A DNA stretch of 36,132 nucleotides from a virus. Its lineage: Duplodnaviria; Caudoviricetes. The position numbers and the translations under genes are program-made. The notes under the pieces were generated by a model. It worked only from the letters and a program-made list of their open reading frames with translations. It was not told the DNA's origin and made no database searches. Where the stretch lies: IMG/VR virus record IMGVR_UViG_3300018059_000029, positions 1 through 36,132 of that record, one strand, 5' to 3'. Shown here one piece after another: positions 1 through 9,430 of the stretch (positions within the stretch are counted from its first letter, which is position 1; every line of letters begins with the position of its first letter).

Positions 1-561
1 GAGTTGCCGACGGCCATTGAGCAGGTCAACAATGCGGTTGCCCCGCTGCTGCGCGGCGCGAACGCGCGCGGCTTTCTGAGCCTCGAGCTCCGCATCGGCA
101 AGTCAAAGCGGCCGTTCTTGTTGGATCCTTGCCTGCGCTGCGGTTCGCCACCGAGCGAAGCATACGCCGAGCTTTTTACGAACTGGGCAGACGTCATTTG
201 GGCTGGCGCGGCTGGGAACATGGTTGACCTCAAACCGGCGGCGAAGTACGCTGCACAGCTCATCCTCAAGAGTGACTGGGCCAAAGACAACTGGTTGGCG
301 ATTGACGTGCCGAAAGGCGTGCGCCGGTTTGTCAAACTTCACAACCATTGCCGACTCGAGGACATTGACTATGTGGTGCCGACTGGCATTGCGCAGATCG
401 GCGGCGTTATTGGCCTCGGAGACACGCTTGAAGAAGCGATCCGAGAGTGCCACGAAAACGCCGAAGCTGTCAAAGCCTATGAGCTCGACTACGCGGAAGA
501 TGCGTTCCAAGACTGCATGGAAGCGATCGAAGAAGGTACAAAGTACGGAATAGATTGGTAG
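1..561 (+). CDS. ATP-grasp ligase, PurD/GARS-like, C-terminal part (5' truncated by window edge)
   Basis: Frame open from base 1. FLSLELRI...FLLDPCLRCGSPP resembles the ATP-grasp metal-binding/EFNxRFGDPE region; GGVIGLGDTLEEA resembles the GARS C-domain end. Confidence 0.7.
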   Translation, partial: ELPTAIEQVNNAVAPLLRGANARGFLSLELRIGKSKRPFLLDPCLRCGSPPSEAYAELFTNWADVIWAGAAGNMVDLKPAAKYAAQLILKSDWAKDNWLAIDVPKGVRRFVKLHNHCRLEDIDYVVPTGIAQIGGVIGLGDTLEEAIRECHENAEAVKAYELDYAEDAFQDCMEAIEEGTKYGIDW

Positions 562-574
562 GAGGAACCAAGTT

Positions 575-1603
575 ATGGTAACAAAAGACCCACTTCCACT
601 TCCAGGTTTCGCAGCGTTGAATGCGGAAGAGAACGCCTTTTTCGCTTCGCGTGGTGAGGTAGGCGGCGAGCCCGCCACGTCGCCAGAACCAGAGCCGGAT
701 CTCACACCCGCGGAACCTGCCGAGCCGGTCGAAACAGGAGATGCCGTCGAGGCGCTTCCTGACGAAGCTGCGGGGATCGAAGGTGAGCAGCCGCCGCTGG
801 CGGCAGAAGAGCTTGAACCTGCCCGGCGGCAACCGCCGCGCAGTGCGCCGATTCCTGCGTTGCAAGCTGAGCGTGAGCGGCGTCAGCAAGCTGAGCAACG
901 CGCGCAGCAGCAAGAGGACGAGCTTCGCCAGCATCGTGAGTGGCGTGCGCGGATTGACGAACGCCTGCGGATGGTGAACGAGCAGCGCCAAGCAGCGATG
1001 CAGCAGGTGCCGCCGGACCCGAACGAAGACCCCGAAGGTTACCGCAACTACATCGATCAGCAACGCGAGACGAGGATTCAGCAGCTCGAGGCGCGGCTGG
1101 CGCAAACGGAGCAAGGTAGTCAGCAGAACGCGGTGCTGTCGAACGTCGCGTCGATGACGCAAAGCTTTGCAGCACGGACACCGGACTACTTCGAAGCCGC
1201 AGCCCAGCTCCGCGAGCGGCTTGATCAGGACTTGCAGCTTGGTGGCTACGATGACCCCAACGAGCGGCAGTTCATGATCAACCAGTGGAGCGAGCCGATC
1301 ATTCGGAAAGCGCTTTCGCGCGGCATGAATCCGGCAGAAGCGATTTACAGGATTGCGAAGTACCGCGTGGGCGGTGCGCCGCTTCCGACGCCGGCCACGC
1401 GCGCCGTCGCGCCGCCAGGAAACGTGAGCAAGGTTGCCGCGATTCGGCGGGGCCAGACGGCAACGCGGTCGCTGGGCCGCACGCCTGGCAAGGACATGAG
1501 CGAAGGTCTGACGCTCGACAGGCTGCTCAACGCTTCTGCCAACGAGTTTGCGCGACTGATGGCGGAGCAGCCAGACGCGGTCGCGGCGCTGATGGGGAAG
1601 TAG
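575..1603 (+). CDS. Probable capsid scaffolding protein
   Basis: AGGAGG RBS; acidic Pro-rich N-terminus, central coiled coil (PIPALQAERERRQ), DPEGY and TPDY motifs; directly upstream of MCP. Confidence 0.75.
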   Translation: MVTKDPLPLPGFAALNAEENAFFASRGEVGGEPATSPEPEPDLTPAEPAEPVETGDAVEALPDEAAGIEGEQPPLAAEELEPARRQPPRSAPIPALQAERERRQQAEQRAQQQEDELRQHREWRARIDERLRMVNEQRQAAMQQVPPDPNEDPEGYRNYIDQQRETRIQQLEARLAQTEQGSQQNAVLSNVASMTQSFAARTPDYFEAAAQLRERLDQDLQLGGYDDPNERQFMINQWSEPIIRKALSRGMNPAEAIYRIAKYRVGGAPLPTPATRAVAPPGNVSKVAAIRRGQTATRSLGRTPGKDMSEGLTLDRLLNASANEFARLMAEQPDAVAALMGK

Positions 1604-1634
1604 TGCAAGAACTTCAAAAAAACTTCAATGGAGT

Positions 1635-1835
1635 CGCCGTCCAGAAACGGGCGGGGCGCACATGCGCTCGACGGGGTCGCCTACCGCAAAGGGCGAGCTG
1701 TCGCGGGTCAACCCGGCGAACTGGGTTGCGAAGGGCCAGCCTTCGACAAAAGCTCTGGCCGTTGACCACGGACGTTGCCGTGGGTTTCGCCTTTGTCCTC
1801 GGCGTTAAGAGGGCCTTTTCCTTCGTTGACGGAGG
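1635..1835 (+). promoter_or_regulatory. Structured MCP leader / candidate ncRNA with about 8 consecutive stem-loops
   Basis: Inverted repeats read by eye at 1635-1653, 1654-1669, 1670-1702, 1709-1728, 1734-1760, 1766-1783, 1795-1814, 1820-1835; the last one pairs with the MCP GGAGG RBS. Confidence 0.65.
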
Positions 1836-1846
1836 CATAGGCCAAA

Positions 1847-2911
1847 ATGGCAGATACAAGTTACGGAGTGAATCACGCACTTGCCGTGAAGCTCTGGTCA
1901 AAGAAGCTCTTCGTGGAGGTGCTCCAAGAGTGCATCGCCGCGAAGTTCATCGGTGAGACGCCGGGATCGCTGTTTCAGATCAAAGACGAGATGTCGAAGA
2001 CGGCAGGTGACAAGGTCACCTTCGGTCTTCGCATGCAGCTGTCCGGGCGTGGCACTACCGGCGACAACACTCAGCAGGATCAAGAGGAGCAGCTGGTCAC
2101 TTACAGCGACTCGCTGATCATCGACCAGCAACGGAACGCGGTACGTTCGGGCGGCAAGATGTCCGAACAGCGCGTGACGTTCGACGTTCGCGAGGAAGCC
2201 AAGAGCGGCCTCGTGGACTGGTGGGCAGACCGCATCGACACCGCGCTGTTCAATCAGATCGGTGGCAACACCGCACAGAGCGACACTGCATACACCGGCA
2301 TGCAGGCTACCCTCGGGCCGGACAGCGATCACCACCTCATCGCTGGCGCGCAAGCGAACGAGCAGTCCCTCAACTCCGGCCACACATTCGACCTCGCGCT
2401 CATCGACACCGCTGTCGAGCGTGCACGGACCATCTCGCCTGGACTCAGACCGGTCAAAGCGGCTGGCGACGAGTACTGGGTGATGTTCATCCACCCCTAC
2501 GTCGTCACCGACATGCGGAAGAACACCAACACCGCACAGTGGTACGACATCCAGAAGGCCGCGCTGACTGGCGGGAACGGGAACAAGAACCCGATCTTCA
2601 CCGGTGCGCTCGGCATGTACAACAACACGATCCTTCACATGGACAAGCGCGTGCCGCTCGGCATCAACGCCTCGACCGGCCTCGCCATCGCGACCGTTCG
2701 CCGTGGGATCTTCTGCGGCGCGCAGTCTGGCGTCGTGGGCTTCGGCCGCGACTACAACAACGTCACCCAGTTCAAGTGGGTCGAGGAGCTCTTCGACTAC
2801 GAGAACAAGCTCGGTGTCTGCGCTGGCCTCGTGTGGGGAGCGAAGAAGACGCAGTTCAACTCCACAGACTTCGGCGCGATCACCGTCGCGACCTACGCCG
2901 CCGCGCACTAA
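1847..2911 (+). CDS. Major capsid protein, N4-gp56 / DUF4043 family
   Basis: AVKLWSKKLF, GDKVTFGLRMQLSG, IDQQRNAVRSGG.MSEQRV, NPIFTGALG, WVEELFDYEN, G.KKT.FN..DFG motifs; strong C/G third-position codon bias. Confidence 0.95.
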   Translation: MADTSYGVNHALAVKLWSKKLFVEVLQECIAAKFIGETPGSLFQIKDEMSKTAGDKVTFGLRMQLSGRGTTGDNTQQDQEEQLVTYSDSLIIDQQRNAVRSGGKMSEQRVTFDVREEAKSGLVDWWADRIDTALFNQIGGNTAQSDTAYTGMQATLGPDSDHHLIAGAQANEQSLNSGHTFDLALIDTAVERARTISPGLRPVKAAGDEYWVMFIHPYVVTDMRKNTNTAQWYDIQKAALTGGNGNKNPIFTGALGMYNNTILHMDKRVPLGINASTGLAIATVRRGIFCGAQSGVVGFGRDYNNVTQFKWVEELFDYENKLGVCAGLVWGAKKTQFNSTDFGAITVATYAAAH

Positions 2912-2936
2912 GCGGGCAGAAAGGAGAGAGACGTAA

Positions 2937-3392
2937 ATGGCAACAGCACTCAAAGGAACTGCGGCTGCCGCTGGAATCCCGGCGATGCAGTCGATTCGAG
3001 AGAACACCATCGCTGGCAAGTACGTGCTTGCGGCAGCACTGATCATCAACGACACGATCGATCTGTGTCAGCTGCCTGCAAACTCGTTCCTCACGAGCGT
3101 GTACATCTCCGTGCCGGATCTCGACTCGAGCACAGGCGTGCTTCTCGACCTACAGCTCAAGACCGCCACGACGAAGATCATCACGCAGGCGACCATCGGA
3201 CAGGCTGCCGGCGTCATCACGTGGCCGGCTGTCGTCGTCGCGGCGACCAACGGCACGATCGCAGGTCTGGGCCTCATCACCGCGGCGGACACGCTCCAGC
3301 TTCTCGTCCAGGCCGCGCCAAGCGGAACACCAGCGACGACAGGAACGTTCGTGTACGTCGTCAAGTTCTGCACCGATGTGCAATATCTCTAA
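2937..3392 (+). CDS. Probable capsid decoration / minor virion protein
   Basis: AGGAG RBS; 151-aa beta-rich Ala/Thr protein immediately after MCP with similar codon bias. Confidence 0.6.
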   Translation: MATALKGTAAAAGIPAMQSIRENTIAGKYVLAAALIINDTIDLCQLPANSFLTSVYISVPDLDSSTGVLLDLQLKTATTKIITQATIGQAAGVITWPAVVVAATNGTIAGLGLITAADTLQLLVQAAPSGTPATTGTFVYVVKFCTDVQYL

Positions 3393-3407
3393 GAAAGGAG
3401 GAGTCAA

Positions 3408-3608
3408 ATGGCGAGCAAAGAGACAGACAGCTTCGATGGAGCTATCAGCAAGACTGGCAACCAAACCGGCAAGATGGGCGCTGGCGAGGTGAAGGGTGGT
3501 GGCCGCGGCTTCGACAAGGGCAACAAGCCCAATCCTTACGGGCCGAACCCGCGTCAGGGAGACAGCTCTCACGGTGGCAAGCCGGCATCGAGCGAGGAGA
3601 ACTACTAA
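3408..3608 (+). CDS. Small Gly/Lys-rich disordered protein (66 aa) with NPYGP motif
   Basis: AAGGAGG RBS, MA start, packed in capsid operon. Confidence 0.75.
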   Translation: MASKETDSFDGAISKTGNQTGKMGAGEVKGGGRGFDKGNKPNPYGPNPRQGDSSHGGKPASSEENY

Positions 3609-3609
3609 C

Positions 3610-3846
3610 ATGGCCGCGCGGAAACGGAGCTACATGGGACAAGGTCTCGTCTACGGCAAGCTGACATCACCCGATCAAGGTGACACGCGCGAAGCAGACA
3701 GAGGCGAGTTCCCAACAAGGTCAATCAATTCACACCGTAGCTCAACCGCGCGGTTCGAACGCGGACCGGAAGGGAACGAAGGTTGCACAGTGCCTGCGAA
3801 CCCTTACGGTCCGCCAGGAGCCCACGGGCGGAAAGGAAGGTATTAG
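3610..3846 (+). CDS. Small Gly/Arg-rich disordered protein (78 aa) with NPYGP motif
   Basis: ATG 1 nt after previous stop, GAGGAG RBS; internal Met of track ORF 3496..3846. Confidence 0.7.
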   Translation: MAARKRSYMGQGLVYGKLTSPDQGDTREADRGEFPTRSINSHRSSTARFERGPEGNEGCTVPANPYGPPGAHGRKGRY

Positions 3847-3927
3847 TTGGCAGCAAAGAAGAAAGCGAAGAAGGTCAAGAAGAAGGGCAGCAAGAAGATG
3901 CCGATGATGGGCGGCACGTACTCTTAG
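3847..3927 (+). CDS. 26-aa Lys-rich micropeptide MAAKKKAKKVKKKGSKKMPMMGGTYS
   Basis: TTG start directly after previous TAG, AAGGAAGG upstream, ends just before terminator hairpin; below ORF-track cutoff. Confidence 0.6.
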   Translation: MAAKKKAKKVKKKGSKKMPMMGGTYS

Positions 3928-3938
3928 GCCGCGGGCGC

Positions 3939-3990
3939 AGGGGAGCAGGCGAGATTGGCTCTAGGGGAGCCTGCTCCCTTGATCCTTTTT
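3939..3990 (+). terminator. Probable intrinsic terminator of the capsid operon
   Basis: AGGGGAGCAGGC (3939-3950) pairs with GCCTGCTCCCTT (3969-3980), followed by GATCCTTTTT. Confidence 0.6.
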
Positions 3991-4005
3991 GCAAAGTGCA
4001 AAAAG
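3985..4005. promoter_or_regulatory. Palindrome CTTTTTGCA-aag-TGCAAAAAG (copy 1)
   Basis: Perfect 9-bp arms; intergenic; recurs at 28816, 34992 and, degenerate, 14846. Confidence 0.7.
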
Positions 4006-4023
4006 CTGGAGGGCAACTAGCGA

Positions 4024-5088
4024 GTGTCAGGTTTTAACCAACAAGCCTTAACGCCAGAGCAGCAGCGGCAGTTGGCGCTTCTTCAGGGCAGGCTTGGATC
4101 TACGGTGGGCTTGGCAGGAAGCGGGTATGGTTTGCTCGCACCTGGTCAATCGCCGGTCGGCCGAGGAATCGCTGGAGTGAACACGTTGAGTTCTGCGTCC
4201 AATCTCTCAGGATATCTCGGCGGACCGACGTTGCCATCGGCACTTGGAAACTTGGGGAAGTTAGGTGGCTACGCAGGCGCAGGTTATGGGATTTACAAAA
4301 TCGCAACGGATCCGAACCTGTCAACAAAGGAGAAGGTGGGTCAGTCAGCTCGTGCAGCGACTGACGTTGTACTATCGTCTTTGCCTGTGGTTGGACAGTT
4401 CTATGGCGCGGCCAGGGCGCTTGGATTAGTTGGACAGCATCTTGAGGGCTCGGGCTCGCCTCAAGTACGCGGCCTTGGACGCACGCTTGACTATGCAGCT
4501 GAGCCAGCTGGCGCTAAAGGCTTTTGGGACGTCGTAACAGGAAGTAGATCGCCCAAAGCGGCATTCAAAGCCCAGGGTGGCGCGGAAGGCTTGATGCTAG
4601 ACACCATGGGTCCGGTTGGACTCATCATGCGCGGACTTGGTGTGCACCTGCCTGGACTCTACCACGAGCCCACGAAAGGCACGCAGTTTCGCTCAGGCCT
4701 CCAACAGGCGTTCAAGCAGCTCAAGTTGCCGGACTTCAATCGCGCGGATAAGAACGTTTACAACATCTCAGAGGAGAAGATGAACAGTTTCTCCGCGGTT
4801 GACCGCTCGGCGGCGATGAGGATGGCAGAAATGCTGGCGCCGCAGATGCCGGGTTACAGTTCGAACCCAGAAGCGTATAAGGTGCAAGCCTTCGCCATCT
4901 TGCTCAACACTTTAGGTTCAGGTGTGGATGACAGCTTGAATCAACTCCTTCCACAGCTTCAGGGAGACGCGCAAGCTGCGCCAGCGCCAGCGCAGCCAAT
5001 GGAAGCAGCTGCTGCAGCTCCACGCAGTGGAGATCTAGCGACGGTGATGAGAGCAGGTCTGGCGCAGGCCGGCAACTTCACTTTGTAG
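4024..5088 (+). CDS. Gly-rich hypothetical protein, possibly internal virion/ejection-type
   Basis: GGAGG RBS plus GTG; 354 aa with glycine-zipper-like segments; function inferred from composition and position only. Confidence 0.5.
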   Translation: MSGFNQQALTPEQQRQLALLQGRLGSTVGLAGSGYGLLAPGQSPVGRGIAGVNTLSSASNLSGYLGGPTLPSALGNLGKLGGYAGAGYGIYKIATDPNLSTKEKVGQSARAATDVVLSSLPVVGQFYGAARALGLVGQHLEGSGSPQVRGLGRTLDYAAEPAGAKGFWDVVTGSRSPKAAFKAQGGAEGLMLDTMGPVGLIMRGLGVHLPGLYHEPTKGTQFRSGLQQAFKQLKLPDFNRADKNVYNISEEKMNSFSAVDRSAAMRMAEMLAPQMPGYSSNPEAYKVQAFAILLNTLGSGVDDSLNQLLPQLQGDAQAAPAPAQPMEAAAAAPRSGDLATVMRAGLAQAGNFTL

Positions 5089-5104
5089 CAAAACTGGACG
5101 AAAC

Positions 5105-5770
5105 ATGCCTGACACGCGAACACTTCAAGACATGCTTGACCGCATCGCGGACGAGATCAAGACGGATGACTTGCAAGGTGTTGCGCCTGGACAGGCGAAC
5201 ATTTACAACGCGATCTTAGGCGCGGTGATTCATTACCAGCGTGAGCATCTCTTTGCGAATGATGCTTTTGACAGAAGCATTGTGACGTCACAGGGTGTGG
5301 ACACGTACGCGGTGCCAGACACGCTAATTGCGATTACTGAGCTTAACCTGATTGTGCGTGGTCAACGCTATCCGTTGCGTGACGAGTCGATTCAGACGAT
5401 TCTGGACTACAAGACGCAGTACACTGTGCCAGAGCAAGGCCAGCCGTTCAAGTACGCTTTCTACAATACCGACACAGGCAATGGCGAAATCATGACGTGG
5501 CCGGCGCCTGACGCGGATGGGTACGTTTTTGAGTTCGTCATGCAAGCACGGATTCCATTTCCGCCGACGCTCTTAACATCAAACTTCTGGACTACCGTTG
5601 CCGAGTCGATGGTGCGCAACAGGGCAAAGTGGCTTCTCAACGTCGGTGTCACAAAGGACTATGACGCTGCGAAGGGTGACAAGCTACTTGAAGAAGATGC
5701 ATTTGCGAACTTGTTGGTTGAAAGCGTTCAGAAGCAGTCAACCGGAACGTTGAAGGCAACGAGGTTCTAG
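5105..5770 (+). CDS. Head-to-tail adaptor (tail tubular protein A-like)
   Basis: TLQDMLDRIADEI N-terminal helix, GQP..YA, TWPAPD, SNFWT motifs typical of podophage adaptors; position. Confidence 0.75.
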   Translation: MPDTRTLQDMLDRIADEIKTDDLQGVAPGQANIYNAILGAVIHYQREHLFANDAFDRSIVTSQGVDTYAVPDTLIAITELNLIVRGQRYPLRDESIQTILDYKTQYTVPEQGQPFKYAFYNTDTGNGEIMTWPAPDADGYVFEFVMQARIPFPPTLLTSNFWTTVAESMVRNRAKWLLNVGVTKDYDAAKGDKLLEEDAFANLLVESVQKQSTGTLKATRF

Positions 5771-6186
5771 GTGAGTGATGCGCGGGAAGCGATGGTCACG
5801 TTCATTGGGTTCGCGCCGGACTTGGATCCGGAGACGCCCGGGGGCTGGCTAGACTGCGATGGACTCATTGGGACGACGAAAGGTTTCCGACCAGAGCCAG
5901 GCGATGTGGCGATTTACGCACCGATTGGTGGGGTGTTTTTGCTCTATGACCGCGCGACTCCGACGGATATCTATGAGGTTCTCTTTTCAGACTATGTTAC
6001 GGTCAATGCTGCCTCTGGCCCCGCAACTGGAGGTATCTTGCTGAATGATGGATGGAGCTTCTACATCAACAATGGCATGGCTAACTACGATCAGATCCCT
6101 TTCGCGGACGTGTTGCCCTGGGACAACAGCCATCAGTTCTATGTTGACACGGCAACCTATGGCTACCCGGAGCTAATTTACATACC

Positions 6187-6190
<4 letters not shown>
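5771..6190 (+). CDS. N-terminal fragment of tail nozzle protein fused to an aromatic-rich C-terminal extension
   Basis: GFAPDLDPETPG...DC..LI.T.KGFRP matches my recollection of the N-terminus of this nozzle family; the remaining ~90 aa are unrecognised. Confidence 0.55.
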
Positions 6191-6788
<598 letters not shown>

Positions 6789-6792
<4 letters not shown>

Positions 6793-6989
6793 GGAAGATT
6801 ATTTGGATAGTTGTTGCGACATGGCTGCTTTGCCCGCGATCGACAACCGCGCTGATACGCGGCGGCGGTCCATGCTGCTGCACGCAACCATGTAACCCGC
6901 TCGCGGTGCTGGTGATTCATGATGACTTTGAAACGGAACTTTGCCCAACGCCGAATCTGCTCAAACATGATGACTTTGAAAACGCATAG
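6789..6989 (+). CDS. 66-aa signal-peptide-bearing Cys-rich protein with two HDDFE repeats
   Basis: ATG overlaps previous stop (ATGA); MRKIIWIVVATWLL...TTA signal-like; 16-bp direct repeat CATGATGACTTTGAAA at 6918 and 6966. Confidence 0.55.
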
Positions 6990-7707
6990 TCCCTCCCGAA
7001 CGCTTGTATTCTGCGCGATGCTTGCGCTCGTAGGCACATTCGCTGCGAGGAGCTTCGGAGGTTTCGCTGATTGGTCAGGGATTACGACAGGTGGCGGGAC
7101 CACGATGCAATGGGATTCTCTGATCCCGATTCAGGGGGCGCACTCTCTTGTGTGGGTCAATGGGAATGGCCAGACATATGCAACGTACTTATCTGCTGGA
7201 GTGAATGCCACGTGTGGTAGGCTCAGGGTTCTTCACAAACGGATCGACACGGCATCGAGCGACGTTACTCCGATCACTACATGGGGGCTCTACGCTCAGA
7301 TGCAGACGAGTGTCTCGTTCGGAAACAGCGCCTACGTCCTGACTTTCTTTCCCAGCGCATCGTCGACGCAGTTCGTATTGTCAAAAGAATCGCTCTCGAC
7401 GGCACTTACCGACACGACGGGTCTCGTGACTGGCTTCTGGCCAACTGGGATGAATCAGCCTTACGTCTACGCGGCGCAACTCAATTGGCAGACAGACCCG
7501 ATTTCTGGTTCGATCCTGCTCATCGGATCGGTCGACGGCCCCATCGCCGATCCGGCGACCTACGACTGGTCGACACTTCAAGCTGTCGTGACGTATACAG
7601 ATGGATCATCCCCATACCACACAGGAGTCAACGCGGGATGGTATGGAGTAAACATCGGGACGACACGGAAAGACTACTACGACCTTGTAGATATCTTCAC
7701 CAATTAG
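6967..7707 (+). CDS. Signal-peptide-bearing beta-sandwich (lectin/CBM-like) protein; start uncertain (6919/6967/6970)
   Basis: Hydrophobic LVFCAMLALVGTFAA then Thr/Ser/Trp/Tyr-rich beta protein ending YYDLVDIF. Confidence 0.55.
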   Translation: MMTLKTHSPSRTLVFCAMLALVGTFAARSFGGFADWSGITTGGGTTMQWDSLIPIQGAHSLVWVNGNGQTYATYLSAGVNATCGRLRVLHKRIDTASSDVTPITTWGLYAQMQTSVSFGNSAYVLTFFPSASSTQFVLSKESLSTALTDTTGLVTGFWPTGMNQPYVYAAQLNWQTDPISGSILLIGSVDGPIADPATYDWSTLQAVVTYTDGSSPYHTGVNAGWYGVNIGTTRKDYYDLVDIFTN

Positions 7708-7733
7708 TCATATTGATAGCAACAAGGTAGCAG

Positions 7734-9056
7734 ATGCCAGCTGTTGTAGGAAGTGCGTCAGTCCGCTTTCTGGACGGAACGCAGAACATTTACGCGGCCA
7801 CGGCGACAGCGCTTTTCAAGGGAGTTGCTGGGCTGTTCACCCCGATCGGTACGGGGTACAACGCTCCTTTTCGTTGGCGGTTTGCGCTGTTCGGCAATCA
7901 CCTCATCGCGACAGACTTTGCAGATCCGGTGCAGATGGCGAGTGGACCGAGTGGAGTGTTTGGTGATCTTGCTGGCAGTCCGCCGCGCGCACGGATCGTG
8001 GAAACAGCGAACAACTTTGTGTTTTTGTTCAACACCGAAAACGCAACGAATCAATGGTGGTGCTCAGGGTTAGGTGCGGATACAATTTGGGCAGCGGATG
8101 TCGCAACACAAGCAGCTAATGGAATCTTGACGGAAACAGAAGGTGAGATTACCGCCGGCAAGAAGCTTGGGGCAACAGTCGTTGCATACAAAGGCGGCTC
8201 GATGTATATTGGGCAGTACTTTGGACCGCCAATCATTTGGGGATTTCAGCTTGTGAGTGCGCAAGCAGGAACACCTGGCCAAGAGGCAGTTGTTTCGCTT
8301 GGAGACAGGCATGTTTTTCCTGGCTTTGCGGACTTCTGGGTGTTCGATGGCGGCACGCCTCGTCCATTGAACATGCCGTCGAGTGTGCGAGAGTTCTTCT
8401 TTGAGGACAGTCTTGACATCGAAAATGCGTTTAGAATCATCGGGAGGTGGGACAGGAAGTTCGACGTCGTGACGTGGCATTATCCTTCAAAGGCAGCACA
8501 GCCAGCAGGGCTGTTGGATCAAGAGATCAAATGGCACGTGCCATCGAATAAGTGGACGCTCAAGAAGCGTCCGATTGAGTACGTAATGCTTCCTGAGATG
8601 CCGGCACAAAGCGGCATAACTTACGATCAGTTTGGCTCGTACTTCGCAACGTACGGCCAGGACATTCCGCTTTCGTACGAGGATATTTTGTTCACTGGCT
8701 CTGCTGACTTTGTGCAGGCGGTCTTTTTGTTGGACCATCGGTTGTACATTATTCAGGGAACTCCTGGACACACCAGCTTCCTTACGGGCGACTTGGGTGA
8801 TGAGTCGATGTTCACGTACATTCGGCGGCTGAAGCCAAAGTTCTCGCAAGTTCCTTCGACGCCACCATTGTTGACGGAGTTCTACAAAACCAACCTCGGG
8901 GACGACGTGGTGCAAGGAGCGACGAAACCGCTTGCCGCGCAAAACTGGTTCAACTTGCGCCGGCGCGCGCGGTTTCATCGGTACTTGTATGAAGCAGACG
9001 GCGACTATGAGATTATTGGAATAGAGCCTGACGTGATTCCGGCAGGGAGACGTTAG
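7734..9056 (+). CDS. Tail nozzle / DNA-stabilisation beta-propeller protein lacking its usual N-terminus
   Basis: RWRFALFG, GSPPRARIV, WWCSGLG...W, VAYK..SMY.GQY.GPP.IW, FWVFDG, ARFHRY motifs; position after adaptor. Confidence 0.75.
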   Translation: MPAVVGSASVRFLDGTQNIYAATATALFKGVAGLFTPIGTGYNAPFRWRFALFGNHLIATDFADPVQMASGPSGVFGDLAGSPPRARIVETANNFVFLFNTENATNQWWCSGLGADTIWAADVATQAANGILTETEGEITAGKKLGATVVAYKGGSMYIGQYFGPPIIWGFQLVSAQAGTPGQEAVVSLGDRHVFPGFADFWVFDGGTPRPLNMPSSVREFFFEDSLDIENAFRIIGRWDRKFDVVTWHYPSKAAQPAGLLDQEIKWHVPSNKWTLKKRPIEYVMLPEMPAQSGITYDQFGSYFATYGQDIPLSYEDILFTGSADFVQAVFLLDHRLYIIQGTPGHTSFLTGDLGDESMFTYIRRLKPKFSQVPSTPPLLTEFYKTNLGDDVVQGATKPLAAQNWFNLRRRARFHRYLYEADGDYEIIGIEPDVIPAGRR

Positions 9057-9430
9057 TGTTTCGACGCTTGCCAGATCCAAACTTGTTGCCGTGGCGCGAA
9101 GACAACGCACGGGATTTCATCAAAGCGCTGCGGCAGTACTTGGCGTTGGTTGCGAATCAGCTCAACACGCAGATTCAAGATGTTGGACCGGACTTGGCAA
9201 GCGCAGCGGTTATGAAGCCGTCGAACGCGATACACTATGTTACAGGAGTCGCGGCAATCGACACAATTGTTGCGCCTGTCGGGTTTTCTGGCTTTATTCG
9301 TTTCGTGGTAGGTGGAGCGTGGTCAACAACAACTGCTGACAACATCGCCGCGGCAATCGCGCCGGTAGTTGGAACAGTCGTGGTTTTTGACTACATTCCA
9401 AAGTTGAGCAAATGGTTTCCAAACGCATGA
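9056..9430 (+). CDS. Tail-associated hypothetical protein
   Basis: GTG overlaps nozzle stop; helical N-terminus plus small beta domain. Confidence 0.55.
   Translation: MFRRLPDPNLLPWREDNARDFIKALRQYLALVANQLNTQIQDVGPDLASAAVMKPSNAIHYVTGVAAIDTIVAPVGFSGFIRFVVGGAWSTTTADNIAAAIAPVVGTVVVFDYIPKLSKWFPNA

Noticed and set aside
1898-3055. 385-aa antisense ORF over the MCP, and similar long antisense ORFs such as 9839..10957
   Set aside because: Shadow frames expected from strong C/G third-position bias; no RBS or recognisable motifs.
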